The notes under the pieces are model-generated. The model made no database searches. It was given only the letters and a program-made list of their open reading frames with translations, and was not told the DNA's origin. A stretch of DNA of 63,805 nucleotides, counting the filler, from Diploschistes diacapsis (Eukaryota), in assembly GCA_023645945.1 (NCBI GenBank). It is 22 parts of 22 records of this genome, joined end to end, with 100 filler letters (N's around TTAATTAATTAA, not from the genome) between each part and the next. Parts side by side here need not be neighbours in the genome. Positions count along the whole stretch, not along the records: positions 50,548 to 52,359 come from JALAIB010002598.1; positions 52,460 to 54,270 come from JALAIB010002599.1; positions 54,371 to 56,178 come from JALAIB010002600.1; positions 56,279 to 58,086 come from JALAIB010002601.1; positions 58,187 to 59,994 come from JALAIB010002602.1; positions 60,095 to 61,901 come from JALAIB010002603.1; positions 62,002 to 63,805 come from JALAIB010002604.1; 15 more parts are not named here. One strand, given 5' to 3'. A program made the translations under genes and the position numbers. Within the stretch, counting starts at the first letter, position 1. Each line of letters starts with the position of its first letter. Of this stretch, positions 50,980 to 62,356 are shown in pieces.

Positions 50980-52359
50980 AGAATTAAGAAAGAAGTTTAA
51001 GAATTTAAATAAAACCGATAGTATTATATACGTCAAACCAAAATAACGCTGCCGAAAGATTTATATAAATTACCGAAATAAATATCCGTGTCATACTTAA
51101 AGGAACGCAACAAGGATACGTTTTCTAAAACGAAACAACATTGGCCTAATATTATATCCGAAATAGAACAATAATAAAACCTAAATTAAACGGTTTAGTC
51201 GCGACGCTTACCGAGTATTAATTAAGCGAAAAACCGTTAATAAATAATATCCGTATTTAAAAATTAAGATACTATAACTACGTAAATCCTAAATCATTAT
51301 TTAAAAGATAAAATAAATTAATAAATAAAATTAAATTAAATATAATAATCGGATATATCAATATCGATAAATAATATAAGATCTAAATACTCGATATTTA
51401 AAAGATTATTAAGATTAGTTCAATTAAGTTTAAAAAAGATAAAACGCTTACTCTTTAAGAACTAAAACTATCTAAAAGCTATAGAAAAGGCGATAACATA
51501 ATATTCATCCGAAAGCCACCGGGACGTCCAATTAACGATCTAATATCTAATATTAGAAATATTAACGACGGGTCAATTACTGACGTCAACGACAGGTTAA
51601 TTACCCACGTCAACGACGGATTAATTACCCACGTTAACGACGGATTAATTATTTACGTTAACGACGGGTCAATTACGCACGCTAAAAACGCATTAACGAT
51701 AAAAATAAAAATTTAACTGAAGTATACTAAATCTTTATTATTTACTCCTACCGAGGATCATAATACCCTAAAGGCCCCTACTTCCACTCCATATGATCCA
51801 CTCGAGTCAAATAATGGTAACCGACGGCTAATAAGGAAGTTCTTATAGATTAAGATTTTAAGGAAAAGAATTAAACCTAAACCTAAACCTGAATTTATTA
51901 AACCGAATACATCAAAACCTATTACGTTAATAACGGGCGTTATATACGTCAACTAAAATAATATTGCCGAAAGATTTATATAAATTATTAAAATAAACAT
52001 CCGTGTTATATTTAAAAGAACGAAATAAAGATACGTTTTTTAAAACGAAATAATATTAATTTAATATTATATTCGAAATAGAACGGCGATAAAATTTAAA
52101 TTAAACGATTTAATCGCGACGTTTATTGAATATTAATTAAACGAAAAGCCGTTAATAAATAATATCCGTATCTAGGAATTAAGAGGCTATAATTACGTAA
52201 ATCCCAAATTGTTATTTAAACGATAAAATAAGTTAATAAATAAAGCGAGATTAGATATAATAATCGGATATATTAATATTGATAAACAGTATAAGATCTA
52301 AGCATCTGATATTTAAAAAATTATTAAGATTAATTTAGTCAAGTTTAAAAAAGATAAGG
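50980..52359 (+). mobile_element. RIP-degraded Copia integrase core and linker, with internal duplication (51950-52359)
   Basis: YTSNQNNAAER (PYTPxQNGxAER motif), F*NE......YIRNR; five 24-bp repeats at about 51564-51683. Confidence 0.8.
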
Positions 52360-52556
52360 NNNNNNNNNNNNNNNNNNNNNNNNNNNNNNNNNNNNNNNNN
52401 NNNTTAATTAATTAANNNNNNNNNNNNNNNNNNNNNNNNNNNNNNNNNNNNNNNNNNNNAAATAGTCATTATTAAAAAAATCGAAGAAAAAGATGAAAGT
52501 TGTAATGAGAGGTGGCCCACTTCTGGGGGTGGCCCGGTTCCCCGTCAAACACGTTA

Positions 52557-53984
52557 CGTAGATCTTAAGTTATTATTTAAACGATAAAATAAATTAATAA
52601 ATAAAATAAGACTAAATATAATAATCGGATATATTAATATTAATAAATAATATAAGATCTAAATACCTGATATTTAAAAGATTATTAAGATTAATTTAAT
52701 CAAGTTTGAAAAAATCAGACGCTTATTCTTTAAGAACTAAAACTATTTAAAAGTTATAGAAAGGACGATAACGTAATATCTATCCGAAAGCTACCGGGAC
52801 GTCTAACCAACGATCTAGTACCTGATATTAAAGGTACCAACGACGGGTTAATTACCCACGTTAACGACGGGTCAATTACCTACGGTAACGACGGGTCAAT
52901 TACGCACGTCAAAGACGTATCAATAATAAAGGCAAAGGTTCAGCTGAATTATACTAAATCTTCATTATTTATTCCTATTAAGGATCACAGCACCCTAAGG
53001 GCCCTTACTCCCACTCCATATGATTAACCCGAGCCAGATAATAATAACGGACGGTTAATAAAGAAGTTCTTGCGGGTTAAGATTTTAAAGAAAAGAACTA
53101 AACTTAAATCTAAACTTAAATCTACTAAACCGAATATATTAAAGCTTATTACGTCAATAACGGACATTATATATGTCGGAATATAAACATGAACTGCTGC
53201 TTGCTAAGTGGTGCGCATCTTTTGGCGTAGCGGTTTAGTTCAACAATATACGTTATTAATAATCCGATTACGTATATAGTACCCATTAACATTACGTTAA
53301 TAACGTTTAATATACAAGATTCTTAAACAATAAACGATATAAACGACATTTTAATAATTATAAAAGTTTAAAATATTAAAAAGTTATACAATACGAATTC
53401 CGTTAATAATAAACGATAACGAGATATCGAATATTTCTTATTAATTAAAATATTAAGAAGTTATATAGCGCTTATAATTAATGAATAAGAAATAACGAGC
53501 GACGTTGATTTAAGATCGACGCGTGTCAGCATTCTAAGGAACTATAAAGAGGCCGTAAATGATCCAATCTTCGGGCAAGAACAGGAAACAGCAGTAAAGA
53601 GAAAAATCGATTCTTTGTTACTGAACCAGACCTGGACTGAACCACCTAAACCACCTGAACCCGCCAATATCGAAAAGTATAACTTCAATAAGGACATCGA
53701 GGGGTTCAGGGCCAGATTAATCATAAAGGGGTTCTCGTAAAGATAGGAGATCGATTTTAATGAGACATTTGTTTTTATTATTTGAGCCAATTTATTAGGG
53801 ATCTTGTTAACAGTTATAACAACTAAAGATTTAAAATGTTATTAAATGAACGTTAATAACGCCTTTATCGAAACATTATTAATATATTAGATCTATATGA
53901 CCGCATTAAAGTGATATAGCTTTCTAAAAGGTACCGTATTTAAAATTAATAAAAGCTTATATGGATTAAAATAAACGATTAAAG
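52557..53984 (+). mobile_element. Copia integrase tail, linker and N-terminal reverse transcriptase remnant
   Basis: NYKEAVNDP, E/KIDSLLLNQTW, FRARLIIKGFS, DFNETF, MNVNNAF (RVT_2 motifs). Confidence 0.85.
53174..53245. mobile_element. 72-bp solo-LTR-like insertion with 5-bp TSD ATATA
   Basis: TGTCGG...TCAACA termini; empty sites in paralogous Copia copies at about 3253, 4061 and 51942. Confidence 0.8.
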
Positions 53985-54270
53985 TAGGCTGGCCGTCACG
54001 GACACTGACACGGCCGTGGCAGTGTCCGTTTTTTGAAATTTTCAGCCGTAGTGTCCGTGTCCGTGCTTTTACTGTAGTGTAGTGTCCGTGGAAGTATCCG
54101 TGTTTTAAAAATTTTAGTCGTAGTGTTCGTGTCGGTGTTTTTATTATAATATAATGTCCGTGGAAATGTCCGTGTTTTAAAATTTTTAATCGTAATATTC
54201 GTGTTAATAGATTTATTATCGTGTCCGTGTATTTATCGAAATATTTTTAAATAATATTTATTTTTTAATA
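53985..54270 (+). mobile_element. Family A hAT-like element, truncated by contig end, inserted in Copia RT
   Basis: TAGGCTGGCCGTCACGGACACTGACACGG left end. Confidence 0.85.
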
Positions 54271-54370
54271 NNNNNNNNNNNNNNNNNNNNNNNNNNNNNN
54301 NNNNNNNNNNNNNNTTAATTAATTAANNNNNNNNNNNNNNNNNNNNNNNNNNNNNNNNNNNNNNNNNNNN

Positions 54371-54788
54371 GTGGGGAATGCGGCGGAGGGGAGTTTGGCA
54401 TAGGTCCAGTATTTGCAGTGCCAGCAGTGCCAGCACTCCCCCCTCCACCCGGACTGAAGGTGCTTTCCATCTGTGTCTTGCCCCAAGCCCATCCGGCGAC
54501 TCCCATGCTCACCATCAGAACAACAACGCCGATTCCTCCGCTTGCGACTATAGTGGATAGCCATGCACGCAGGACGGGGAAGACTATGATCCAAATGGCT
54601 ACAGCCAGCAGAGTAACGCCAACACCGGCAAGGAAGCTGTTACGATGGGGCTGCAACGAGGGCAAGTAGAGAAAACCCGAGCCCGCAGAGTGAGGCGGTA
54701 TGATGAATATGTCGTAGTTCCCATCCGGCAGTCCCCCTCGACTCCTACCAGTATTGCCGTGGGGCGGAGGGGGAGGCGGTGGATCCAT
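54371..54788 (-). CDS. 5' end of a conserved uncharacterised filamentous-ascomycete membrane protein (two predicted TM helices), truncated
   Basis: MDPPPPPPPHG...LPDGNYDIFIIPPHSAGSGFLYLPSL...NSFLAG followed by hydrophobic segments; normal GC, no RIP; conservation recalled, not searched. Confidence 0.75.
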
Positions 54789-56148
54789 CTGAGCAGACCG
54801 AGTCTCCTAAAAGAAGACTGGTTGCTGTTGCCTTTGCTGTTGATTATCGTATGTGCGACTGTCGTGGCAGTAATCGTTTCAGTGTTAGGCGCATTGTGGC
54901 CTAGTAGACGGGCTCTCGGCGGTTTTTCGAAGGAAGATGTCGAAAGTGTGCTTGTGAGCCACAAAATCTTGCTGCTGTCGAAGAAGAGTGTGTTCAATGG
55001 GTGTAGTTCTCCAGGCCTCTTCGTGTTGTTGCGGGCTTATCTGTGTAACTGCAAGGTGATTCTAGTCCGACACTTTGGTTACGAGGTTAAGCTTAGAAAA
55101 TTTCATGTGGGTGCCTCCCGCTGTGTAAAAGTTGGGAGCGCAACTACGGACGTGCCTCTACTGGCTTTTCTACTGGCTTTTCTACGAGTTTCTCGTCTAA
55201 GCTTCCTTCCTAATCTGATGGAACGGTGACGAATGTCAGGGTACGACTGATAAATGTACTGTCATGGGCCCAAAGGTATCCCACGAATCACTTCGAAGCG
55301 GTAACGCCCGTCACAGAGATAGGGCGGTTAAGCGTTTTCTAACTGGACCAACTGTAGGTTCATGCCTCTTTTCGTGCCTTTTAGATGCTTTCTCTCCCTC
55401 CATTAGCCTCAAATGTGCTGGCCGTGCAGATCGACAAGCGGTTCGATATGTATCTAGAGTTCTTGACAAAACGCGTGCTGACTGAGGATTCCAGGCAACG
55501 GCTCGCGTGTTTTGGTGCGAGTAAACAAACAGATGGGAATCAGCCGAAGCGTGACGTCAGTCAGCCAAGTTCAACCTTCTCTTCCGCTTTTGCTGGCGGA
55601 TTCTGCTGTGCAATCAATCGTCCAGTATTACTATAATGGAGCCGGAAGCTAAAAGTATGTTTGCCATATGTACCTGTCAAAACATCAAGACAGGAAGCAA
55701 ATAGCTTATCGTCTGCAAAGCGGCAGTTCGCATAAACCGTAAAATGCAGATCAAACTGACAATCTGCAGGTTAGTTAACACGCGACACGGCCCGGATGTG
55801 CATTCCCTCCCGGGTGGCCGTATGAGATCTCTGCTATACACCCACAAGATGAGACGAACTTTATACAACGTATCTTGCCTGAACTGGGCTGGACTCGATC
55901 AACCCCGGCGTTAACCCAGCTCGGCCGAAAGCCCCTCCCACGCTAGCTAGCTAACACCTCCGCATTTCCTCCGCCATCTCGCTTTCATCATTTGTTTATG
56001 CTTGGCAGCTGTCCTCCACTGTACGCGCAAAAGCCGAACACATTCCTCAACAGCGTACCCGACAGCACTTCGCAGCACCACCCTTGCACACTCGCCACAC
56101 CAAACGCGCAATCCCTCCGCCACACACCGGCCTCCAATCACCGCCACA

Positions 56149-56178
56149 ATGGTCTCCACCCGCTCCCACCCCACCACC
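56149..56178 (+). CDS. Probable start of a divergently transcribed host gene (MVSTRSHP...), truncated
   Basis: CCACAATG start context after a C-rich 5'UTR-like stretch; only 10 codons visible. Confidence 0.4.
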
Positions 56179-56278
56179 NNNNNNNNNNNNNNNNNNNNNN
56201 NNNNNNNNNNNNNNNNNNNNNNTTAATTAATTAANNNNNNNNNNNNNNNNNNNNNNNNNNNNNNNNNNNNNNNNNNNN

Positions 56279-57357
56279 AAAATAAGGAAGCCTTAATAAA
56301 AATATATAAGAACGGATTTAAAAATTTAATTAAAAATGAATTCATACGTAATTAAAATTAACTTCGAAGTTTATCGGCCCTTTAAACTAGAATAATAATT
56401 ATAAACGATCGATTATTTAATCGAGAATAAGATCGTCGTTTTAATCGAAATAAGATTGTTAAATTAAAACTTCGTTATTGTATTAATTATATAAAAACAT
56501 ATAAAATATAAGATATATAAATAACGACGTTATAGACCTCGATGCCTTAATTAGTAAAACCCGGTTTAATTAGAAGAAAGGAGTTAAGGGATTTAACGGG
56601 GGACCTTTAATTAAAGGTAAGAAGTGTTTTGAATGTGGTAAGATAAGTTATTTTGTTCGAGATTGTAGATTTAAGAATAAGATCGTTAGGAAAGATATTT
56701 TAGCCGCGATAGATAACTATCTTAACGTAATTATAATTATTTTTATAGAGGACTGTCCGACCGACGGATAATTTTGGGAGGAAGTTATAGTTGATTCGGA
56801 TACTATAGTTTGGTAGGGCGATACCGACGATTCAATTGATGAAGATACCGAAATCACGTTTTCGTAAATTATAGCATTAATTATGTAGGTTTCGAAAGAT
56901 AACGATATTCCGAATTTAAATGTAACGGAATATAAGGAATCGGTTTGGATATGCGATTTAATCTTTGACGTTAGATTAAATATTCGAGGACTTTTAAGAA
57001 TTAATTTAAGCGAAGAAGTAACGTACGCGTTTCGTATTTTAGGAGGAGTTATGGGCAGGTAGGAGTACTTTCGAAGGAAAGTTCTTATCGTTAATAATCG
57101 GAAACATCTAGATTACGTACTTTTCGACGAATGCGGAGACTTCGGATGCGATTACGTTAGGCACGAAATATTGATATACGTTTTTTACGGAAAAATAGTT
57201 ATCAATATAACATTCTAACGATACTACGAGGAAGTATTATATAATAATAAATACGAAGATTATTATCTTCTATACGACTGTAAAAGAAAGGAATGTTTAA
57301 TTAATATATATAACGGAAGAATAATAAAAATAAAAACGTATTTATTAACGGTAAAAG
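56279..57357 (+). mobile_element. Gypsy gag C-terminus with zinc knuckle and a downstream His/Cys-repeat region
   Basis: Y.NGFK.LIKNE gag motif; KCFECGKISYFVRDC (CCHC with H->Y); paralog at 58187-59994. Confidence 0.75.
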
Positions 57358-57811
57358 TGTTACGATCCAAGGTACTAGTCGGTAGTACTTAGCACGCAAC
57401 AACTAGTCGGGCACTTCCCAACCACTCCTTATATATAGTCCAATCAGGGTAACACGGGTCACGTGATGAGTAAAAAATCTGAAAAACCATTTTACTCAAT
57501 CGTGGGTAGAAAGGAAGAACGGTAATTCTATTTATTTACTTATTTACTTTATTAAGGAGACTGCTAGTTATATAAGAACGTCGCCATAGCCTTTATAAAT
57601 CTAGAGCGTGTTCATTTTTATAGACATCTTAAGTTATTACTCGGGATTAATTTATATTCGTTACTTCTATTATTAAAAAACATTTTTTCTAGAAATAGTT
57701 TAAGACCTATAACTGTTTTATCTTCTTCTTTTATCATATTCCTTTTTTAACAGAAACTAAACCCACCTTGATCCTACTCGTGTATACCTTGTATAGATAG
57801 AGATCATAACA
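57358..57811 (+). repeat. Gypsy LTR, family D variant, 454 bp
   Basis: TGTTACGATCC...GATCATAACA. Confidence 0.88.
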
Positions 57812-58817
57812 CTCGAGTATTTAGTTTAACGTTAAGAATTAGATCGTATGTTTAAGCCGATTTTTTGTATTCCGTTGTATCTAAGTTCGGAATATCGTTA
57901 TTTTTTGAAATTTACGTAATTAATGTTATAATCGGTGAAAGCGTGGTTTCGATATTTTTATTAATTGAGTCGTCGGTGTCGTCTTGTTAAGTTATGGTGT
58001 CCGAGTTAATTATAATTTCTTTTTAGGGTTGTCCGTCGGTCGGATAATCTTCTATAAAGATAATTATAATTACGTTAAGATAATACNNNNNNNNNNNNNN
58101 NNNNNNNNNNNNNNNNNNNNNNNNNNNNNNTTAATTAATTAANNNNNNNNNNNNNNNNNNNNNNNNNNNNNNNNNNNNNNNNNNNNTTATAGAAGATTAT
58201 CCGACCGACGGATAACTTTAAGAAGAAATTATAATTAACTCGGATACCATAATCTGACAAAACGATACCGACGACTTAACTAATAAAGATACCGAAACCA
58301 ATTTTTTATTAAATATAGCATCAAATACGCAGATTTCGAAAAATAACGATATTTTAAACTTAAATATAATAGAATATAGGAAATCGGCTTAAACGTATGA
58401 TTCAATTTTTAACGTTAAATTAAATACTCGAGAACCTTTAAGAACTAATTTAAACGAAGAAGCAACGTACGCGTTTCGTACTTTAAAAGAAGTTATAAAT
58501 AAATAAAAGTACTTTCGAAGGAAAGTTTTCATTATTAATAATCGGAAACATTTAGATCATATACTTTTCGACGAATACGGAGATTTCAGATGCGATTACG
58601 TTAAACACGAAATACTAATATACGTCTTTTATAGAAAAATAGTTATTAACGTAACATTCTAACAATATTACGAGGAAATATTAAACGATAATAAACACGA
58701 AGATCATTATCTTTTATACGATTATAAGACAAAAAGATGTCCAATTAATATTTACAGCGGAGAACGAATAACAAAATTAGAAACGTATTTATTAACGATA
58801 AAAAGAATCATTACGAT

Positions 58818-59438
58818 TAGGCTGGCCGTTTCGTGCCACGGTCACTGACACGGACATTATAACAAAAATTTTCAAAACACGGACACTAACACGGACACGA
58901 CAATTAAAATTTTAAAACACGGATACTAATACGGATATTACCTTTCCGTAAATTTACGAACACGGACATCGCAATTAAAAAATTTAAAACACGGATACTG
59001 ACACGGATATTATAATTAAAAAATTTAAAACACGGATATTGATACGGATATTATATTTCCGTAAATCCATTAACACGGATATTATACTGCAGTAAAAGCA
59101 CGGAAATATTTTTTTTTTTAATATTTTTAAAATTATTACGCTTATTTCTCACGCTTTTATTTTTTAAAAATTATTTTTAAAAACACGGACACGGACACGG
59201 ACACCGCAATTAAAAATTTTAAAATACGGATACTAACACGGACATTATATTTCCGTAAATCCACGAACACGGACACCGTAATTAAAAAATCTAAAACACG
59301 GATATTAATACGGACACTACATTTCCGTAAATCCACGGACACGGACACCGCAGCAAAAAAATCTAAAATACGGACACTGACACTGTTAGTGTCCGTGTCA
59401 CTGACACGGCCGTGTCAGTGTCAGTGACGGCCAGCCTA
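58818..59438 (-). mobile_element. Family A hAT-like element with perfect 8-bp TSD ATTACGAT
   Basis: ATTACGAT at 58810-58817 and 59439-59446; perfect 12-bp TIR. Confidence 0.92.
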
Positions 59439-60094
59439 ATTACGATAGTAGAATTCTATTTCGCATACAACACTTATTGCGTAGAAAAATACGAACATCT
59501 AAACCCCGCGAAATTCTGCGAACCAAAGAACTGCCGTGATAAGAACTACATGATCCTAGTATACCACGATTACAGACTTCGGTTAGAAATCGCAAAAAAC
59601 ATAAGAATTAATGAATTAAACCCTATGTATCTTGAGCACGAAAAATGGAACGACCTTTATTATAAAAACAGGAAGTATAGATATTATCATAACGGAATAT
59701 ATTTAATATAAAAATAAATTATGGGAAAAGTTAGAACTTTTTAGTTGTAAATCGAATTAAAGAGTTATATATTATAGACATAAGCGCTAGCACGCGGACT
59801 TAAATGAAGCGGATTTAGGCCGATTTCGAGATTAGATTAGGACGATATGCCGTGCGGGTATTAATCGATCTAGATATTATTATAAACGTTATTTTAATCT
59901 TTTGTGTATAACGGTTGAAGATAAAGAATTATGAACTTATATAAAAATATATACTCGGAATCGTGATAGTACGTAACGTTTTATAGGTTATTAANNNNNN
60001 NNNNNNNNNNNNNNNNNNNNNNNNNNNNNNNNNNNNNNTTAATTAATTAANNNNNNNNNNNNNNNNNNNNNNNNNNNNNNNNNNNNNNNNNNNN

Positions 60095-61901
60095 GCTTTA
60101 AGGAAGAATCCTTAGCTGAAGGAAGGGGATAAGGTTTATTTATATATAGATAATTTTAGAACACGTAGACCCTTTAAGAAATTATATTACGTTAAAATCG
60201 GATCTTTTTTTGTTAATAAACAACCCGTTATACCGGACGAAATTAAACGAGTTAGTTATCGACTCAAATTATTAAAGGACGCGAAGGTTTATTTAGTGTT
60301 TTATTTTCGGTATCTCGAATCTGCGTAGGCTGGCCGTCACTGACACTGACACCGCAGTGTCAGTGTCAGTGTGTTAGATTTTTTTGTTGCGGTGTCAGTG
60401 TCCGTGGATTCACGGAAATGCAGTGTCCGCATCAATATCCATATTTTAAATTTTTTTAATTACGGTATCCGTGTCCGTGCTTTTATTATAATATAATATT
60501 AATGTCAGTATCCGTGTTTTAAAAATTTTTATTACGGTGTCCGTGTTTATGAATTCACGGAAATATAGTGTCCGTATTCGTACATTCATCGAAACACTTT
60601 TTTTTTTAATAATTCTGGAATTATTACGTCTATTTTTCACGTTTTTTCTTTTAAAAAAAATTTCACTGCGGTGTTCCGATAAATTCACTGTAGTGTTAAT
60701 ATTAATATTAATAGATTTACGGAAATGTAGTGTTAATATTAGTGTTGATATTTTAGATTTTTTAGTTACGGTGTCCGTGTCCGTGCTCTCACTATAATAC
60801 AGTGTCAGTATCAGTATTAATTTTTTAGATTTTTTAGCTGCGGTATCCGTGTCCGTGCTTTTACTACAGTGCAGTATCAGTATCAGTGTCAGTGTCGAGA
60901 AAATTTTTGCTGCGGTGTCAGTGTCAGTGTCAGTGGCACGGAACGGCCAGCCTAAATCTGCGTATCTAAATATATCGCTGTAAGAAACCTTTTATTTCGA
61001 ACCAGATAACGAGAACGAATACGAAGTTAAGAAAATTCTAGATAATAGCCCCAAAGGGTTCCTTATTAAGTGGAAAGGATACCTATCAAACCAGAACACG
61101 TGGGAACCCCTATTAAACCTAAGTAACTGCCGAAACAAGATCAAAGAATATCGGAAACTCACCAAAAACGAACGAAATGTTATAGCTGATATCCGTACTT
61201 TCAAGAATTAGCCCGGCGGGTCAGGAGCCTCGTTCCTTAAAATCCAGTTTAATTAACCAGGCGACATCGTCGCTAACTTAAATAATTACGGATTAAATTC
61301 CGTCGGCAAACCTTTTTAAATATTAATATATACCTCGAACGACTCTAAATCCAATTCTTTCGTTAAATAACGTGCTTATGCGTCGGCACGATTTTCCGTT
61401 AATTAAAAAATTTTCCAGTTACGACGAATACGACGTTTACGTTAGAGACAACAATCTTTAATTTTTACGAAATTGCTTTTTCAGCTCTTCCTCTTGCTTA
61501 TTATCCTTATCGATAAATCTCTTATTCCTTTCGATCTCGTCCCTCTTCGAAAGGATGGTTCGTTCAATTACATTTTAAGTAACAGAAATACAATCTTTTT
61601 TATCGGACTCAGCACAGCGAACGCATTTAACGGAAACAGATAATCTTCTAATACAATCGTAAAAAAATAAATAATAATTATAAAGTAATATGTTCTGAAA
61701 ACCCCGAACACGAATGATAAAACTTAAGCGTTTCTTTTGTTTCGAAAATAAAGAAGATATCGCTATCTCACGACTTAAGATGTTCTTTTATTTAATATAT
61801 ATATTGATTTTTCGGAACTTATCGGACTGATAAAATTTAAAAAAAAGAAATAATATTACGATCTAAATAATTAAATAATAATCTATTTAATACTTCATAA
61901 C
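60095..61901 (+). mobile_element. Chromoviral Gypsy 3' part (integrase/chromodomain, antisense Cys-rich ORF, PPT, LTR start near 61854) interrupted by a family A element
   Basis: EYEVKKILD...FLIKWKGYLSNQNTWEPLLNL chromodomain at about 61017-61101; homologous to 35510-35920. Confidence 0.9.
60326..60954 (+). mobile_element. Family A hAT-like element with perfect 8-bp TSD AATCTGCG
   Basis: AATCTGCG at 60318-60325 and 60955-60962; empty site in the paralog near 35735. Confidence 0.92.
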
Positions 61902-62189
61902 NNNNNNNNNNNNNNNNNNNNNNNNNNNNNNNNNNNNNNNNNNNNTTAATTAATTAANNNNNNNNNNNNNNNNNNNNNNNNNNNNNNNNNNNNNNNNNNN
62001 NATCTTTTTTATATTATAAATCTTTTTTACATCATAAATCTCGTTTATATCATAGATTTCGTATATTACGTCTATAGTATCGATTAATAAATTATAATTA
62101 TAAAAGAGGCGTGTTATGATAATAAATGATTATATTTATAAAGGGTGCGAGACGAGTAATAACTAAATTAAATATAAATGTAAAATAAT

Positions 62190-62356
62190 TGGCCTCGCCG
62201 GTTTCGCCAGGTTTTGCCAGTTTCGCCGGTTTCGCCACGTTTCGCCAAAATGTTTGACGAAACACGGCGAGTCGCTTGAACGCATTATCTATCGCCCACC
62301 TCGCCGGTTTCGCCAGTTTCGCCAACTTCGCGGATTTTCGCGGTGTTTCGCCGCCA
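62190..62356. repeat. Array of 10-bp GGTTTCGCCA-like units, probably the subterminal repeats of a DNA transposon end
   Basis: Two clusters of TTTCGCC units in an AT-rich context; no partner end in the contig. Confidence 0.55.

Noticed and set aside
1822..62001. Regularly spaced TTAATTAATTAA palindromes in N runs, about 1.9 kb period
   Set aside because: Artificial concatenation linker; the periodicity reflects length-sorted contigs, so adjacency across spacers has no biological meaning
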